Source: Botryllus schlosseri
Lineage: Eukaryota
DNA length: 64,000 bases
Direction: 5' to 3'
Assembly (NCBI GenBank): GCA_051294905.1
Contig: CM119372.1
Location: 23,994,001-24,058,000, forward strand
Below, piece after piece: positions 24,201 through 37,147 of the stretch. The position numbers and the translations under genes are program-made. Numbering within the stretch: the first letter of the stretch is position 1; every line of letters begins with the position of its first letter. The notes beneath the pieces were generated by a model. The model searched no databases, was not told where the DNA came from, and saw only the letters and a program-made list of their open reading frames with translations.

Positions 24201-27200
24201 GAATTCGGTTTGGCACGTATCGGCATAAACCCCCGATTGTGTTATTTGGAACAAATCGCAATGTATTTCCGTTTACGACATTACCTGCTGGTGCTATGTG
24301 AGCGAGGTAACCCGTTGCGCGAGGCCAATTAGCGAAAAGCGTGTTACCAATCAGCGAGATTCGTATGTGCACAATGTAACGCGACGCGATTTCCCGCTGA
24401 GATGATCGCCAAAGTACGTCATTGATTGCCGTGCGCTCGGCAATCGTCGCACGGGACGCTTGCCTGATTTATCGCGTCTCCAACAAGCCTAGGTTACTGG
24501 CTTGAACAATCACATCAGCAGTAGGCCCCGTGCGCACTATACCATAGCTAGCCTGCACTATCGTATCTGCATTGGCGCGCTCGATATCATCGCTTGCCTA
24601 CACAATCGCATCTGCAACAGGCCTGGTACGAAAGATATCATCGCTGGCCAACTATCGCGTCTCGAGCCTAGCATACGTTGGCTCCTACCTGTCGATGGCT
24701 TGGAGACAATGCCGTTAGGTGAATGCTGATTAGCGATTAGCGCCAAACTGAATGGCATCGAATGTCCGCTGACATTTGCGATTGTGCGTGCGCCGTGCAT
24801 GCGTAATTGAATTCGGCTAATACTTAAACATAACCGCCAGAAGATGTTTGTCAAGGCTTGAGTTGTGAAAGACGAGAAATGTTTTAACAACCTGAAATCG
24901 GTGCCATTATAGAACAGATTCCATAACAACTCGGACAATTTTGCCTTGCGGAAATGGCCGCGGAGGTTACGTAATACGCGTTGATAAGCGGCGTATTTAA
25001 TTGTTCGCTAGCGATCACGCTAATTGACAGCGCTTCCGGACTCGCTGACAAGCTTACACGCGCAAGTTTGTTAACACGAGGAGATTGTATAATCGGCATT
25101 TACGCATGCACTTAACCCTCATGAATCGATGCTGTATTAACCCTAATTATCAATTCCGTCACACCATGACGTCATTTCTTTGTGACGTCATCGAACCCGC
25201 ATACGTAAGGAAAATTAGTGTTCGGCGCCTATGACTATTATGTAATGTTAACGTCACGTATGACTGTTAATCATTATACATTTTACTGAAAGCAAGTTTC
25301 TTTCATCTCTACACTTCACAGTATTCAATTAAACCCTACGGTAGATACATATACTCGTCTCTATATTGTTTTTTAGTTTGTAAAGAAAAAATACCTAATC
25401 TAATCTGTTCGGCTTATCGTAAGAATCAATCTTCCTAGCCAGTCGTGTTTAATTTAATTAAAAATTGGTTTTCCCAAGTAATATCTCTAACAGGCTCGGA
25501 AGAAACTTGCGACATTCAAATTGACGAAGATGATGTGAGCGGACAGCATGCTACCGTTACCTACAATCCGGAGCAGAGAAACTATTTTATTACGGATCTT
25601 GGCAGTGATGCTGGCACCACTTTGAATTCCACCACTGAGAACAGTGTAAGCAACAAAAGTGTTTCAATGGCTCTATCATTGTCCCGTTTTCGAGCGAGCA
25701 TAAATATATTACTTGAGAATTACAGTGGTGTTTAGTTTGAAATATTTGTTGGACCATACGGTGAAATATTATTTCAAGTGGAAGAACTGTACAGTGAAGG
25801 CAATTCGTTTCAAGACAATTTAAGTAATTCATTTTAAGAATGCCGTAAGTGATCTAAAGTTCTTATTTCCTCTCTTCATTGCCTGCAAATTCTGTTGGCT
25901 ATCTCATTGAGTTTACGGACGTACGTCATACATACCTCTCTGACTTTTTTGTTACTATGTTAGTAGGATAATAAAGTTGGAGTCTTATTGATTGACCTCA
26001 AAAGTTATTTAGACTCCTCCCTTGTATTAAAATGTTGTATCTTAAATAAATAAAAAAAACTGCTGAGCTGTAATGAATGTCAAAGTTCCCAATAGCGATG
26101 TACCTGTAAAATATATCCAAACCGCAAATTACACATCCATGTAAGAGTAGCTGACTCCAAGTCATTTGCGACACCTTCCTGTCTTTTCCTTTCACCTCAA
26201 TCTTGTGGTGTTTGAATTGATAAAAATATAAATAAACAAATATATGATTCCTGTTGTGGCTGTGATACAGAACCCGCATGATTGCAGCTTCTACTATTAT
26301 ACTTCTCAAACAATGTAAACTACTTCCTTCTTCTACCCTCATTTGTTATACTTGGTAGCAGTACTGTAATATTAAGTCAATGGTAACAGGTATAATATTT
26401 TGCAGCCTGGTGTGTCCGCTGTCATTCCGATACCTGTTACGCACAAAAGTATATTACTGATCGGGCGCTGTATTTTTGTACTTCATCTTCACCCAGGTAG
26501 GTTTTGCGGTGATCATAAGCATGCAGTACACTGAAACCGATTCCTACTTGCAATGCAGGGTATGACACGTGTGACGATTGTGAGCCAGGCCAAATCAAAG
26601 CTTTGCTACAGCAAGAGCAATCCCAATCAAGACAAATAAGCACCGGTCGAGATATTCAAGCTGCCAGAGTTTCAGAGTTGCAGAACCTCAAGAAAAAGTA
26701 CCATCTACATGTAGCCAACATCTGATACGCATTCAATTCTTTGTCTCTGGTGCTCAATGCGATTTTTTTCTAGAGAGCAGAAAAGACTTCAATTGGTCCA
26801 AGGTACAAAGACAGAGCACAAGAGAGACGAAAAACTGTTGGCAGTGACAACCCTTATGAGAAAAATGAGATGCCTACATCGTATGACATGTAAGTATTCC
26901 GCCAGATGACAGTTGGTTTGTTTTGTACAATGGCGCACTCGCTCTAAATTTTTGTAATTTGATTTATTACAGTCATTTATCACATTCTAGTTCTGTACTG
27001 TTATCAAGAGTTATGAAATGTGACCTTTCTTCGAAACATGATTCAACACATTCTGCTACAATGAATATAGTCTTTATTCCATATTTCAATTAGACACAAC
27101 CAGTCACATAAGCAGTAGGTGATACCTCAAATCGAAATGTACTTCCTTATTTGAACTACTATTCAAGATACACCTATGATGGTGAACATGACACCTCGTA

Positions 27201-29449
27201 TTTCTAGGTTATCGAGTGGGTTTCAGTGATCCAAATCCTGTTCACGATTTGAGATTCCAATCCCAAATCCTGAATAAATTTCATATCATGTCTAAATCCC
27301 TATTGAAATTGGGCTGGAATTTGCTCAAAAGTCGCATAAAAATAGAACGTCACGAGAAGTTTCATGTCCTAATTCAAATCCACCTTCAAAGTAATGATGA
27401 TTTGTATCCAATTAATAATCATCTGATCTAGTACGAATTCATGCTCATTGCTGCCTGTATGTGCGTAACACACTGGGTTGTAACCAAGTCACAAGGCTCC
27501 GAGTCACAAGTCAATTTCACTTTTATTGTTTTGACTCGAGTCATTTGCAATTCACCACCGAGTCAAGTCTGAGTCTAAGTCATCGAGCAGAGGGTCAAGT
27601 CCGAGTCATGGTATCATGACTCGAGTCCGAGTCCAAGTCATTATTTTGACTGCTCAGTTTCCAGTTAAAGTCTTGATAAACTCAGTTTATATAACTATGT
27701 TTGGTGATATCGAATGTTTCGCATTTATAATGTACTAATTTTCCTCACTTTTAGCAGTTTCTGGTCACATTTTCAAGTACCAGTAGCAATCAGACGAAAT
27801 CCCAGTAGAATGGTTACTTCACAATTCTTTGAAATTACAATGAAATGTCGGTCTTGGCCGTCTGATTCTCTAGTCAATGACTTGGTCCGAGTCATGCGCA
27901 ATGACTCGAGTCCAAGTCGAGTCAATACACAGATTGACTCGAGTCGAGTCATTTCCGTATTTTGAAAAAATGACTCGAGTCAAGTCGAGTCATCAGAAAA
28001 TCGCGACTCGAGTCGAGTCGGACTCGAGTCATTACAACCCTGGTAACACAGTGTATGAACAAGTTCCACAAGTAGTTAATTGTGTTTGGTATAACTCAGT
28101 GTTTCCCAAACTCATTTTACACGGTGCCCCCTTGACTGCGAAACAGGTATCAAACGCCCCCTCCGAGTCCCGACAGTATGTTTTTCGGTTCATTTCACAG
28201 TCACTGCACTATTGCCTAGACTCTTTGTGTTGATCTAATTTATTGGCAACACAATATAGGTATGTACGCTCTGTCAGAGTTACATTTTTGTAAGAATTCT
28301 TGGGCAGACACAATCACTGAAGACAATCGTACATGACAATTTCTCTTCCAAATCACCGTACTTCGTTTTGGTGCAATATGCTTCATCGTCCTCGTACGTG
28401 CATTTGAATATGTGCTCATCACCTGCGCTCAATAAGTGTAACTGAATACTTGGTCTATTTGATTCAATCAATCATTCAGTTTTATTAATATTTTAATCGT
28501 TTCAAAACACCACAAAACAAGATAGGAAGGTGTCGAAACAACTTTGAGTAGTCTTTATGATCAGACATCCACCTTGGCCTAGGCGAAGTAAAGAAGAGGC
28601 ATGCACACTGAATGAAAAGTAATGCAGAGAATATAAGACGCAAGCGACAAAATGTTTGGTTGAGCAACTCAATGTTGGTAACGATTTTCGATTAAATGCA
28701 CGTTGTACGACCACGAACTATGTGACCACATATTCATAAAATCTGACTTTGGTGCACAGAGCAAGCTCTTGATGTATGGCTTTTCTCAAACAGTTCCCCA
28801 CAGTCCACAGCGCCCCTCAATCTGTAGCTAGCGTCCCTATGGGTTGCTGGCGCTCACTTTGCGAATCACTGGTCGAACCCGATGGTTGTAGATAAAAGAG
28901 AAACATCATGTGGGCCATGCTATTGCCTCAAAATACTATTTCATTGATTATCAGCAACTATTTCGTTCACTAGCTAATTAGTTGCACCCCATCAATGATG
29001 TTCTATTCTGACCTGCAAAATTGTGTACAAATCTATCGACGAGTGCTCTCGTCCAGATGGATGTTATTTGCAAATCTAAAAAGTTTTCAAGATAGGGTAT
29101 TGGAACTGTTGTACTAAATATACAAGCACAGGCAGTAGGTGTCTGTACAGAGAGACCCATTATTATTTGTATCCAAAAGCACCATTTTCAGTCTACACAG
29201 AAATAGCCTACCCTTCGAGAAATTGTAGACTAGTATAGCATGAAAATCACAAGCCTTAGTAATGATTACAATCCCATATTTTTCTCAAACAGAGAGCTTG
29301 CTGACCACAACAAGGGTCGTCAAATGCTGGAGAAGATGGGTTGGAACAAGGGGAAAAGCTTGGGAAAATCACAGTCCGGTATCACAGAGCCGATAAAGCC
29401 GCGAGGGGCCGGAAAAAGCAAATTTGGTTTAGGTAAGATTGTACAATGA
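21292..29449 (+). CDS. AGGF1: Angiogenic factor with G-patch and FHA domains 1 orthologue (OCRE-FHA-G-patch), ~601 aa, 11 exons
   Basis: Exons 21292-21502, 21562-21689, 22178-22309, 22487-22846, 23405-23612, 24007-24105, 25494-25645, 26406-26496, 26559-26710, 26774-26889, 29293-29449; phases consistent (1806 nt). OCRE (GWVYDPRTKTYFDYHTNLYYYP...), FHA (PCIRAMV...SGQHA...HPGYDTCDDCEPGQ), YKDRAQERR, G-patch (NKGRQMLEKMGWNKGKSLG). Start codon and exon 4 are less certain. Confidence 0.88.
24127..25233. mobile_element. 1.1-kb non-autonomous hAT/P-type element in an AGGF1 intron
   Basis: 14-bp TIR CATAGGCGCCGAAC / GTTCGGCGCCTATG; perfect 8-bp TSD ACTATTAT. Confidence 0.88.
27473..28042 (+). mobile_element. 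MITE family E, intact copy
   Basis: TIR CTGGGTTGTAA / TTACAACCCTG; perfect 8-bp TSD GTAACACA; many GACTCGAGTC palindromes. Confidence 0.9.
28470..28640 (-). mobile_element. Truncated LINE family 2 tail
   Basis: Reverse complement of CATGCCTC...CGCCTAGGCCAAGGTGG...GACTACTC...TTTCGACACCTTCCTATC. Confidence 0.75.
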
Positions 29450-29746
29450 AGGAATATATCAGGGAAACAAACAGTGGTATTTTGCTCCTAGGTTTTCCAG
29501 GAACAACTGGTTGAATCATGGTGAACTTAAGCTCGTCTAGCCGAGTCGTTCTAATAAGTGAAATAAACGCACAGGTGATCTGCCGATGATGATACAAAGA
29601 TGTCTTGCGGGCTAGATTTTCAACCAAAAAACATAGTTATGCAACAATGTCTGACACACATTTTGATATTCCTACCTCCTATGTTGAAGAATGGAGGAAT
29701 AGCAGCATCATACACTATTTCCAGTGCAAAAATGAGCAATATATTT

Positions 29747-32700
29747 CTATGAAATACAATTTGATTTTCCAATGTCACAAAGTTTGTTGAAATGTTGACC
29801 GTCAAACACATTAAAAACGTGGAACATGGACTTTTGAGGATAATTGGTGGTATCTTCAGTTTTACAAACAATCCTTGTAGCTAGAGACGATAGGAGGGGC
29901 AGTTCATCGTTGGGTAGCGGCCAACACAATTTTATGTGATGGCGATGAAGTTTGAACATTCTACCTTCAGGAAGGTGCCACACTACTCCTTCAACTCGTG
30001 AAAACTTGCCACATTCGAACCAATTCCGGATACGTTCATACGAAATTTCAGATAATCCCTGAACAGGGATGCAGCCGTGCTCGGTCAGGATATGGATGGG
30101 ATGCTGCTTGTCACCCAAACCTAAAAAGTGGAATTAATGTTGATAGAAAGCCAGCGTTTAATTTGACAAATGTAGTTGGGTGCTGATTCGCAGTCAACAC
30201 TGACTTGAAAAATGCAATACTATGAAATAATATAGGAAAAAATACACATATTCTGCAAATAGATAGGAATTAAGCTTTTCTGAGTGTAGATGAGAGAAAT
30301 TATTCTATCTCTAGCGTCAGCACAGCATGCTAGAAAGGTCCATATCCAGTCTTGACAAGCCTCTAAGAATACTGACAATTCATCACTGGAGTCTTCAACA
30401 CAATAGGCCTACTTTAGTTACCATATTTTGCGAACAAGAATTATGTCACGTGATTATTGCAGTATTGATTACTGTGGCATGGTGCCATATTATATGCTTT
30501 TGCTTTTTCCCAAGCCTCATTTTATGTACTCAAGTGGAAGATATGCCTGACTTGAACGTTTTTTGTCACACTACAATACTGCGACACTGAAAGACAGGAA
30601 GATGTTGAAACGAATGAGAAAACCTACCCCAACTTGTAATAGAGTAAATTGAAGTTTGATCCAAATAAGCAAGGACGCCGAGACATGAAATCAGGATGAA
30701 GACGGTATCGCTATGGTGTCACAATAATCCCAAGGTAATCATGTTGATATGGGTTCTCTATCTGTATCAATATCTCTCTAGCAGTCAGTCTCATAGGTGC
30801 CTTGGAGGTCATGACACACACTCAACTCATACATAATTATGATGATGCGCCTGTCTTGGTCCTCATTAGGCCCGATCAATAGTCGAATTGTGGTTGTTGT
30901 GGACCGTTGTGTGCGGTGGCGTATGCAGGGGATGTTGGGGTTCGAAATCGAAAACATGTCTTTCTGAAAGGTCAATTCAATTTATAAGCTCATTTGTGAT
31001 TAACTAACTGGTATCATGCTGTTGAATGAGATTGAACAATACGATGACACCTCCCAAGGTGAAGCCTCGCATTTCTGAACTGATATCTGAAAGGGAACAC
31101 CAGAAGTCCACTAATTTGCAATAAATACTCATTATAATGTTTTCGTTTCGTGTGAAAATTATATTTCAATGGTTTAGTTGTTTTTAACACTGTCTAAGTG
31201 TCTATGCATCGTTATTTTGCGCACCACTATCTATTAAAATATATATATTAGACGTGTATGGTAGATTTTTGTTCTTATGATTCAGCCAAATTTTGGGGTT
31301 TCGAGAAGGCTTGAGATTAGGGTAAGCCCTTACTGATCGACTATACGCTTCTCAGAAAATGAGACTGGCTTTATAATATTTTTCACTTAAAATTAGGGTA
31401 GTTGTGTTATTTTCATTTCTCTGATATTTTGAAATCATGGTTTATATTAAAATCATATTCGAAATTGAGGGTAGGTAGCCTACTATTTTTGGAAATATAT
31501 GGCAGGCCCGACATCGTCTTGAATTTGGTGTCAAAGCGAATATAGTGATGATTATACGAACGGTAAGGATTTCCATTGATATTGGTGCCAATGAGCTCCA
31601 AAGTGCTTCCCTCAAGATCTGAAAGTCGAGTCACTCCGATTTCCAGAACTGTGTCACCGTCGCCAGCATCAACTGGTCTCAGAGTAAGCGCTACATTCAT
31701 ATTGTAATCAACAACTGAGCTGTGCCAGCAGTATTGCGGATTGGTGTGGTCAACAGGGACCCAACCTGTAACGGTGCCATGATTAGAATACGTAGTACAG
31801 TAGTGACATGAAATACAAACCTGGTATGTGGCCGTTTTTGTCTGGAATGGGACATTGAGTCGTTTTATCAACATTAACACCATCTGCTGGGATCCACTGT
31901 TCTGGTACTTGCTTAAGATCATCTGGAAATTTCCATTGAAACTGTGGCTCTTCGCCCTAAGTCGATAGTTATTATGACTGATAGGTTTTTCATAATACTT
32001 CCAAGCCACATACAATTTTTGTTGCTTCCCATTGCCTGTGTTTCCTCTGGAATACCTTGAATTTCTTCTCAGCCCGTTTATTTGGTTTCCTGTCCAACCT
32101 TGCCCACAACATCAGACTACCTGTTAGTAGAGGTGGTCAACGTAATCAGTGTTGGCACTCAAGTAGAAGTAACATGAATTTCTACTCAATTACATGTAAA
32201 AGTATCAATTTCAAAGGATAATCAAAAGAATTTCAAGTGGAACTAGAAAATCCTCAAGATTACCGGACCACGACTGACCTATCGATCTCCGAGCGAGATA
32301 GTGTAATGGTTATGCGTCCGGCTTCTCGAGCGGTAGGTCGTGGGTTCGATTCCCGGCCGGGTCATACCAAAGACTCGAAAAATGGTATCTGCAGCTATCC
32401 TGCTAGGCGCTCAGCAATCACGGATAGCATGGAGGAGAAAAAAAAACGGGGGCGCAGACTAGATGACCTCATGGGGCCGTATCGCAACTCCGTCGTCAAA
32501 GCATCTCGATGGTGCAGGCGAAAAAGAATATCATATCTCTCTCTCTCGCTTCCCATGACATGACGCCCTATTTCATGTCGCATTCTTTTTCTATACTATC
32601 TTCTTTACTTTCATTCAGTGTGCATGCCTCCTCTTTACATCGCCTAGGCCAAGGTGGGTGTCAGATTCCATAGACTACTCCTCGTCGCTTCGACATCTTC

Positions 32701-34017
32701 CTGTCTTTTCATTGTATCGCATTTTTTGTGGTGTATTGAACTGATAAAATTGCTAATAAACCAATGATGATGATGATGATGAAGGCCGGAAAAGTGCTTC
32801 AGTAGATTTGGTCGATGTGTCGCAATCTGTTGCATGCTTTTAGCAGTTGAGCACACTTTTGAAATTGCAATGTGTATTTTCACAAACGCAAAATGTCACC
32901 ACAAATAGGCACAATTTTCATGACTGTCAAACCCATAAGTGATTAAAACATATCTCAAAACTAGTTTCCACTTTCTATGATACAAGTGTAAAAAGTAAGT
33001 AGGTGGTTTTGCCTAAAAACTGTTGAGCACAAGTAAAAGTAGTCTATTAAACATAGTACACGTAGGCAAAGTTGTAATATTGCTGTAGAGTTAGTTTTCA
33101 ACACTACTTCATTTTACGAAGCCTGCAGAACCGAAGCATTGTACACCCAAGTTATTTCAGAAGGGTTGTAATGACTCGAGTCATGACTCCACTTGTACTC
33201 GAGTCATTGTGCAGGACTCGAACCAAGTCATATGACTCGAGATTAGGACAGCCAAGCCAGACATTTCATTGCAACTTCGAAAAATAGTAAAGCCACCACA
33301 TGATTGGTATTTTGTCTATCAGTCCTGATACTTGGAAAATAGGGCCAGAAACTGATGGGACTGAGGAAAGTTATGATATTATGAATGTGAGCCATTCTAT
33401 ATCACTATAGCATAGTTTGAAAAATGTGTTTGAATAGGATTGAACCCAAATTTGAACAGGTTTGAACCCAAAACTGAACAGCGAACACTATGACTTGGAC
33501 TTGACTTGGTGGTGAATTGAAAATGACTCGACTTGACTCAAGTCAAAACAATAGAAATGAGATTGATTGTGACTTGGTTACAACCCTGGAGTGTTATGTT
33601 TTACACTTTCCCACACTACATTCCGGTATCGACTGATTGTTGAATGCTTGTGAAGACGCACTCTTCTGCATTCTTACGACTTTGGAAGTAGCAGCTTTGT
33701 AGTGTCCTAGTCACATTCCAGAGCATTAGACATGAGTACTGTGCTGTCGATGAATACGGTATGGCAACAGGCAGTCTAACTAAGTATTCCGGCGCTCACC
33801 TACCATCAAGTTTTCGCACGTGACAGCATGTACCATCAATTTTCTCTGTCGCACGGCCGTTTTTCACGTCACAAGTCACTGCATCTTCTGACAATTCTGC
33901 CACAGCCTCTACAATGTAATTTTGACCTTCCCTTTTTGACGATGGCGCTTCCCTCACAACAGTTTTCAGAATGCAAGGCATTTTGCTTTGCACGGCGCAT
34001 GTCTTATTCCGAAGCAT
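29747..34017 (-). CDS. RLIG1: RNA 5'-phosphate/3'-OH ligase 1 (C12orf29) orthologue, 344 aa, 5 exons
   Basis: Exons 34017-33804, 32120-32014, 31956-31821, 31765-31562, 30120-29747; phases consistent (1035 nt). Motifs [66 protein letters not shown] match human C12orf29 as I recall it. Confidence 0.92.
32258..32780 (+). mobile_element. LINE family 2 tail interrupted by a SINE
   Basis: ATTACCGGACCACGAC...TATCGATCTC [SINE] GCTTCC...CGCCTAGGCCAAGGTGGGTGTC...(ATG)n tail. Confidence 0.8.
32290..32547 (+). mobile_element. tRNA-derived SINE, family 2
   Basis: A box TAGTGTAATGG, B box GGTTCGATTCC, body GGGTCATACCAAAGAC..., (CT)n tail. Confidence 0.85.
33161..33588 (-). mobile_element. MITE family E, inverted copy in RLIG1 intron 1
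   Basis: AGGGTTGTAATGACTCGAGTC ... GTGACTTGGTTACAACCCTG. Confidence 0.8.
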
Positions 34018-34818
34018 GATGGTTATAACAAGTTTAAATATTTATTAATACCGTGACTGAAAGAGGATTTGGAAAATACAATGTTAGACGCAAACACTGC
34101 AGAGGGGGTAGTATTACAAGAGCCGACAAATTATGTAATAACATTGTATAAAATTGCACGAAGTAGGTTGACACAAATGCAAATACACAAAAATATATGT
34201 ACTTTCATTTTTCAATTGAAGAACACCCGGTATTCGTTTAGCACGCACGTTGTATCTTGTGTCATAAATGTAGAAAAAATTCCTTTCCAACTTCCAGCTC
34301 ATTGAAGCCACAACCGGCTTGATCTAACGGTAGGACTAAAAAACTTTGGACGGAATAGTCGAGTGGTACGGAATTTGTTCAAGATTCCATAACTTGGTAT
34401 TGACTGCATCTTCATCGTGGATAACACCGGAGAAAATGACTCGAGAACGTTTCAGAGCACAAAATGTGGAACTTCGGAATGGGTGAAATAGAAAAATCGA
34501 AGTATACAAATGAAAACAGAAAAATTAGCTCCTTGTCAACAGTACCTTCTCTGGCATGTATTCATGAATCCTTCCAACCGGACACAGCCACAGCATGTTG
34601 CGTAACTAACTCACAGCATTGATCATTATCATTCAACGAAGGATGACAATGAAACAAGGAATTTACTGGAAATTATCAAAAGATGGTAAAAATTTGCATT
34701 GTTAGAAATCACGTTTCATTAACTTGTGCAATGCTGACATTTGATCTCATCGCCTGGATCTTTGCCATCAAAGTACTGTCGCCAACCAGCAGCTACCGAC
34801 TAGAAACACTACATTACT

Positions 34819-36225
34819 TCAAGATATAACACAGCAGCTTTTGCGACCAGATGCTTGCACGTTCGATAACTCCACGTTGGACGTGCAGCTTTCGTGAACA
34901 TCCGGGTCGTTTTTAGGATCATAGTCGTCCGCTATTCTTTGGAAAAGCTCCAAAATGTTGTGGTTTATTTTGCTTGAAGTCTCAAAAACAACGGCGTCAA
35001 CGGTCGCTCCGTAGTCTTCGCAGTCGTGCTGGTCGACGGCTCGCGGAAATTCTCCGGTCGTAATCAAGTCCGACTTTGTACCGCACAGGTAAACTTTGCA
35101 AAGCGCTTCCACCTCGTGCAGTTCATTGACCCAAAATCTGGCTTTCTCGAAGCTCTTCTTATCCGTTAAGTCGTAGCAGACCACAGCAGCTCGGGCGTCT
35201 CGGTAGTAAATCCGACTCATGGCCTGGTATTTTTCCGACCCGGCCGTGTCCCATATTCCTAATGTAATATACCTGGACGAAACAAGAGAAACCAACGATC
35301 AATGACTGTACGTTTGAAGAAATCTGTCAGCAATAACGGCATAGGCTACCATGACTGCTTGCAGAAAAGACGCACTCAAGTATAGAGCAGATTAATTTTA
35401 GGAGGCAGCTACATCAAAAATACATCGTTAGAGTCTAGGCGCAATGTTCTGATATTTGTGACGAATTGTAACGAGATTGCTGGAACTTTGATGAAAAAAT
35501 TTGCTTAATCAACGTAAGGAGTACGCTGTATATTGAAGGACAAAAATTGTAGGGACGTAATAGGAACATTGCAACGATATGTACATAGTGTTTCGTTTCT
35601 GTCGGGGTCGGGTGACACCATTCCCTTCAACCCTATCAAAAACAATATCCAAGAAAACCATACCAGTAACTGGTCCTAATCTAAGAAATGTCATTCATTC
35701 ATGCGAAATAGCCTACAATTACTTAATACATGTGTATCTGACATAATTATTCAGCCAATATCAAATTAAGATACCGGTAGCCTCAAATGTCAGCCATTAT
35801 AACGGAAGTAGAACAAAATTCACACATCGAGAAGTCGATAAATTTAACCAGGCTGCTATTCATGGGGACAAACTCGCTATGCACCATTTGAGACATCAGG
35901 GCACACTTAGTTTTTCCTGCAGATTTCCATGGGGCTACATGGAAAAACATTACTTAAGAACCCACACACCATCTCAGCACTCAGCAGATTGTCTGTCTTT
36001 CTTTCATAAACCCAAAGAACTTCTGAGTCCTCGGTTTGGATGCAAGGAAAAATTCACATACCTATTTTTAACATGAAATTTCTTTGCTCCGAATGCGGCC
36101 CCTATAGTACTTTGATATGGAGTTCCATTGAATCGATTGTGCAATAGCCTTTCAACCAAACTCGTCTTTCCACTGTTGTCTTTACCTAGAAGTACCACTT
36201 TGCAATCCACAGTATCCCTGGACAT
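34819..36225 (-). CDS. RAB24: Ras-related protein Rab-24, 205 aa, 2 exons
   Basis: Exons 36225-36062 and 35272-34819, phase 2. GKDNSGKT, YQSTIGAAF, WDTAGSEKYQAMSRIYYR, CGTKSDL, C-terminal CCVIS; the S in DTAGS and the TKSD box are Rab24 hallmarks. Confidence 0.93.
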
Positions 36226-37147
36226 GCTGTGAGGTAATTGAGTACCGTTTACAACTTTTCTGTACTACTCTATGCTTTGACTACATCTTAATTTAAAGCT
36301 GGATCGAAAAATACAATGAAAAATGGTAAACATTACACTGGTGCAAATGCTTGCAACCCTACAGCTAAACATATTGCAATTTTCCTGAGCATACAGTGGA
36401 TAACATCAAACTCTTTAATCAAGAGCAGAGAATTGCGTATAAATGATACGGATAAAAATGCTATACAATGCTGCAAGAAATATATGTTAGATATTTTACT
36501 CTTTCCTATCTTTTCATTGTATCCCAATCATGTTGTGTTTTGAACATATGATTTCATAATGAACTGAAATGAACCCCAAACATGTGCATGCATGCTGAGT
36601 AGTCTACTTCTGATGGCGCTATTACTGCATTGTAATACAATCCACACAGACAATAAAATGTATGAGGCTTCGGAAAATAGTCTTTACAGTATAACTTGCA
36701 ACCCTATTTTACTGAAACGCACGGTAATCCTCTCTTATATTTGGCTTATCCTAATCAAATCACCAATTGGCTTATTCATTACATTTCACAATTGAAGGTC
36801 ATAACGTGTCAAATTGTCTTCACGAGTCTAAAGGAACTAAGTGTTCTTGACAGGAAGTATCATATAACATAATAATATAAATGTGCTTTAATGCATTCAC
36901 CATTACATGTTATTAAACTGCGTGCAGCATGTGACGGCAAAGCTAAAACATGAGTCACCATGGAGTAACTGAACAATGTGACCTATTTTCATATTTGTCA
37001 ATCTCATAAGCCAGATTTCTATACCGGTACTACTATTGCTACTCTGCAGGATAACCAATTCAATAAGCCTATTTTCGTATAAACATTCCGAATTAAGGTA
37101 TATTATAATGGTTGCTCTTCAAAAATTTAGAATACAATCATTTAAAG

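Noticed and set aside
27473-28042. GACTCGAGTC arrays as CRISPR or integron-like repeats
   Set aside because: Irregular spacing, no unique spacers, bounded by TIRs and a TSD, and in eukaryotic context
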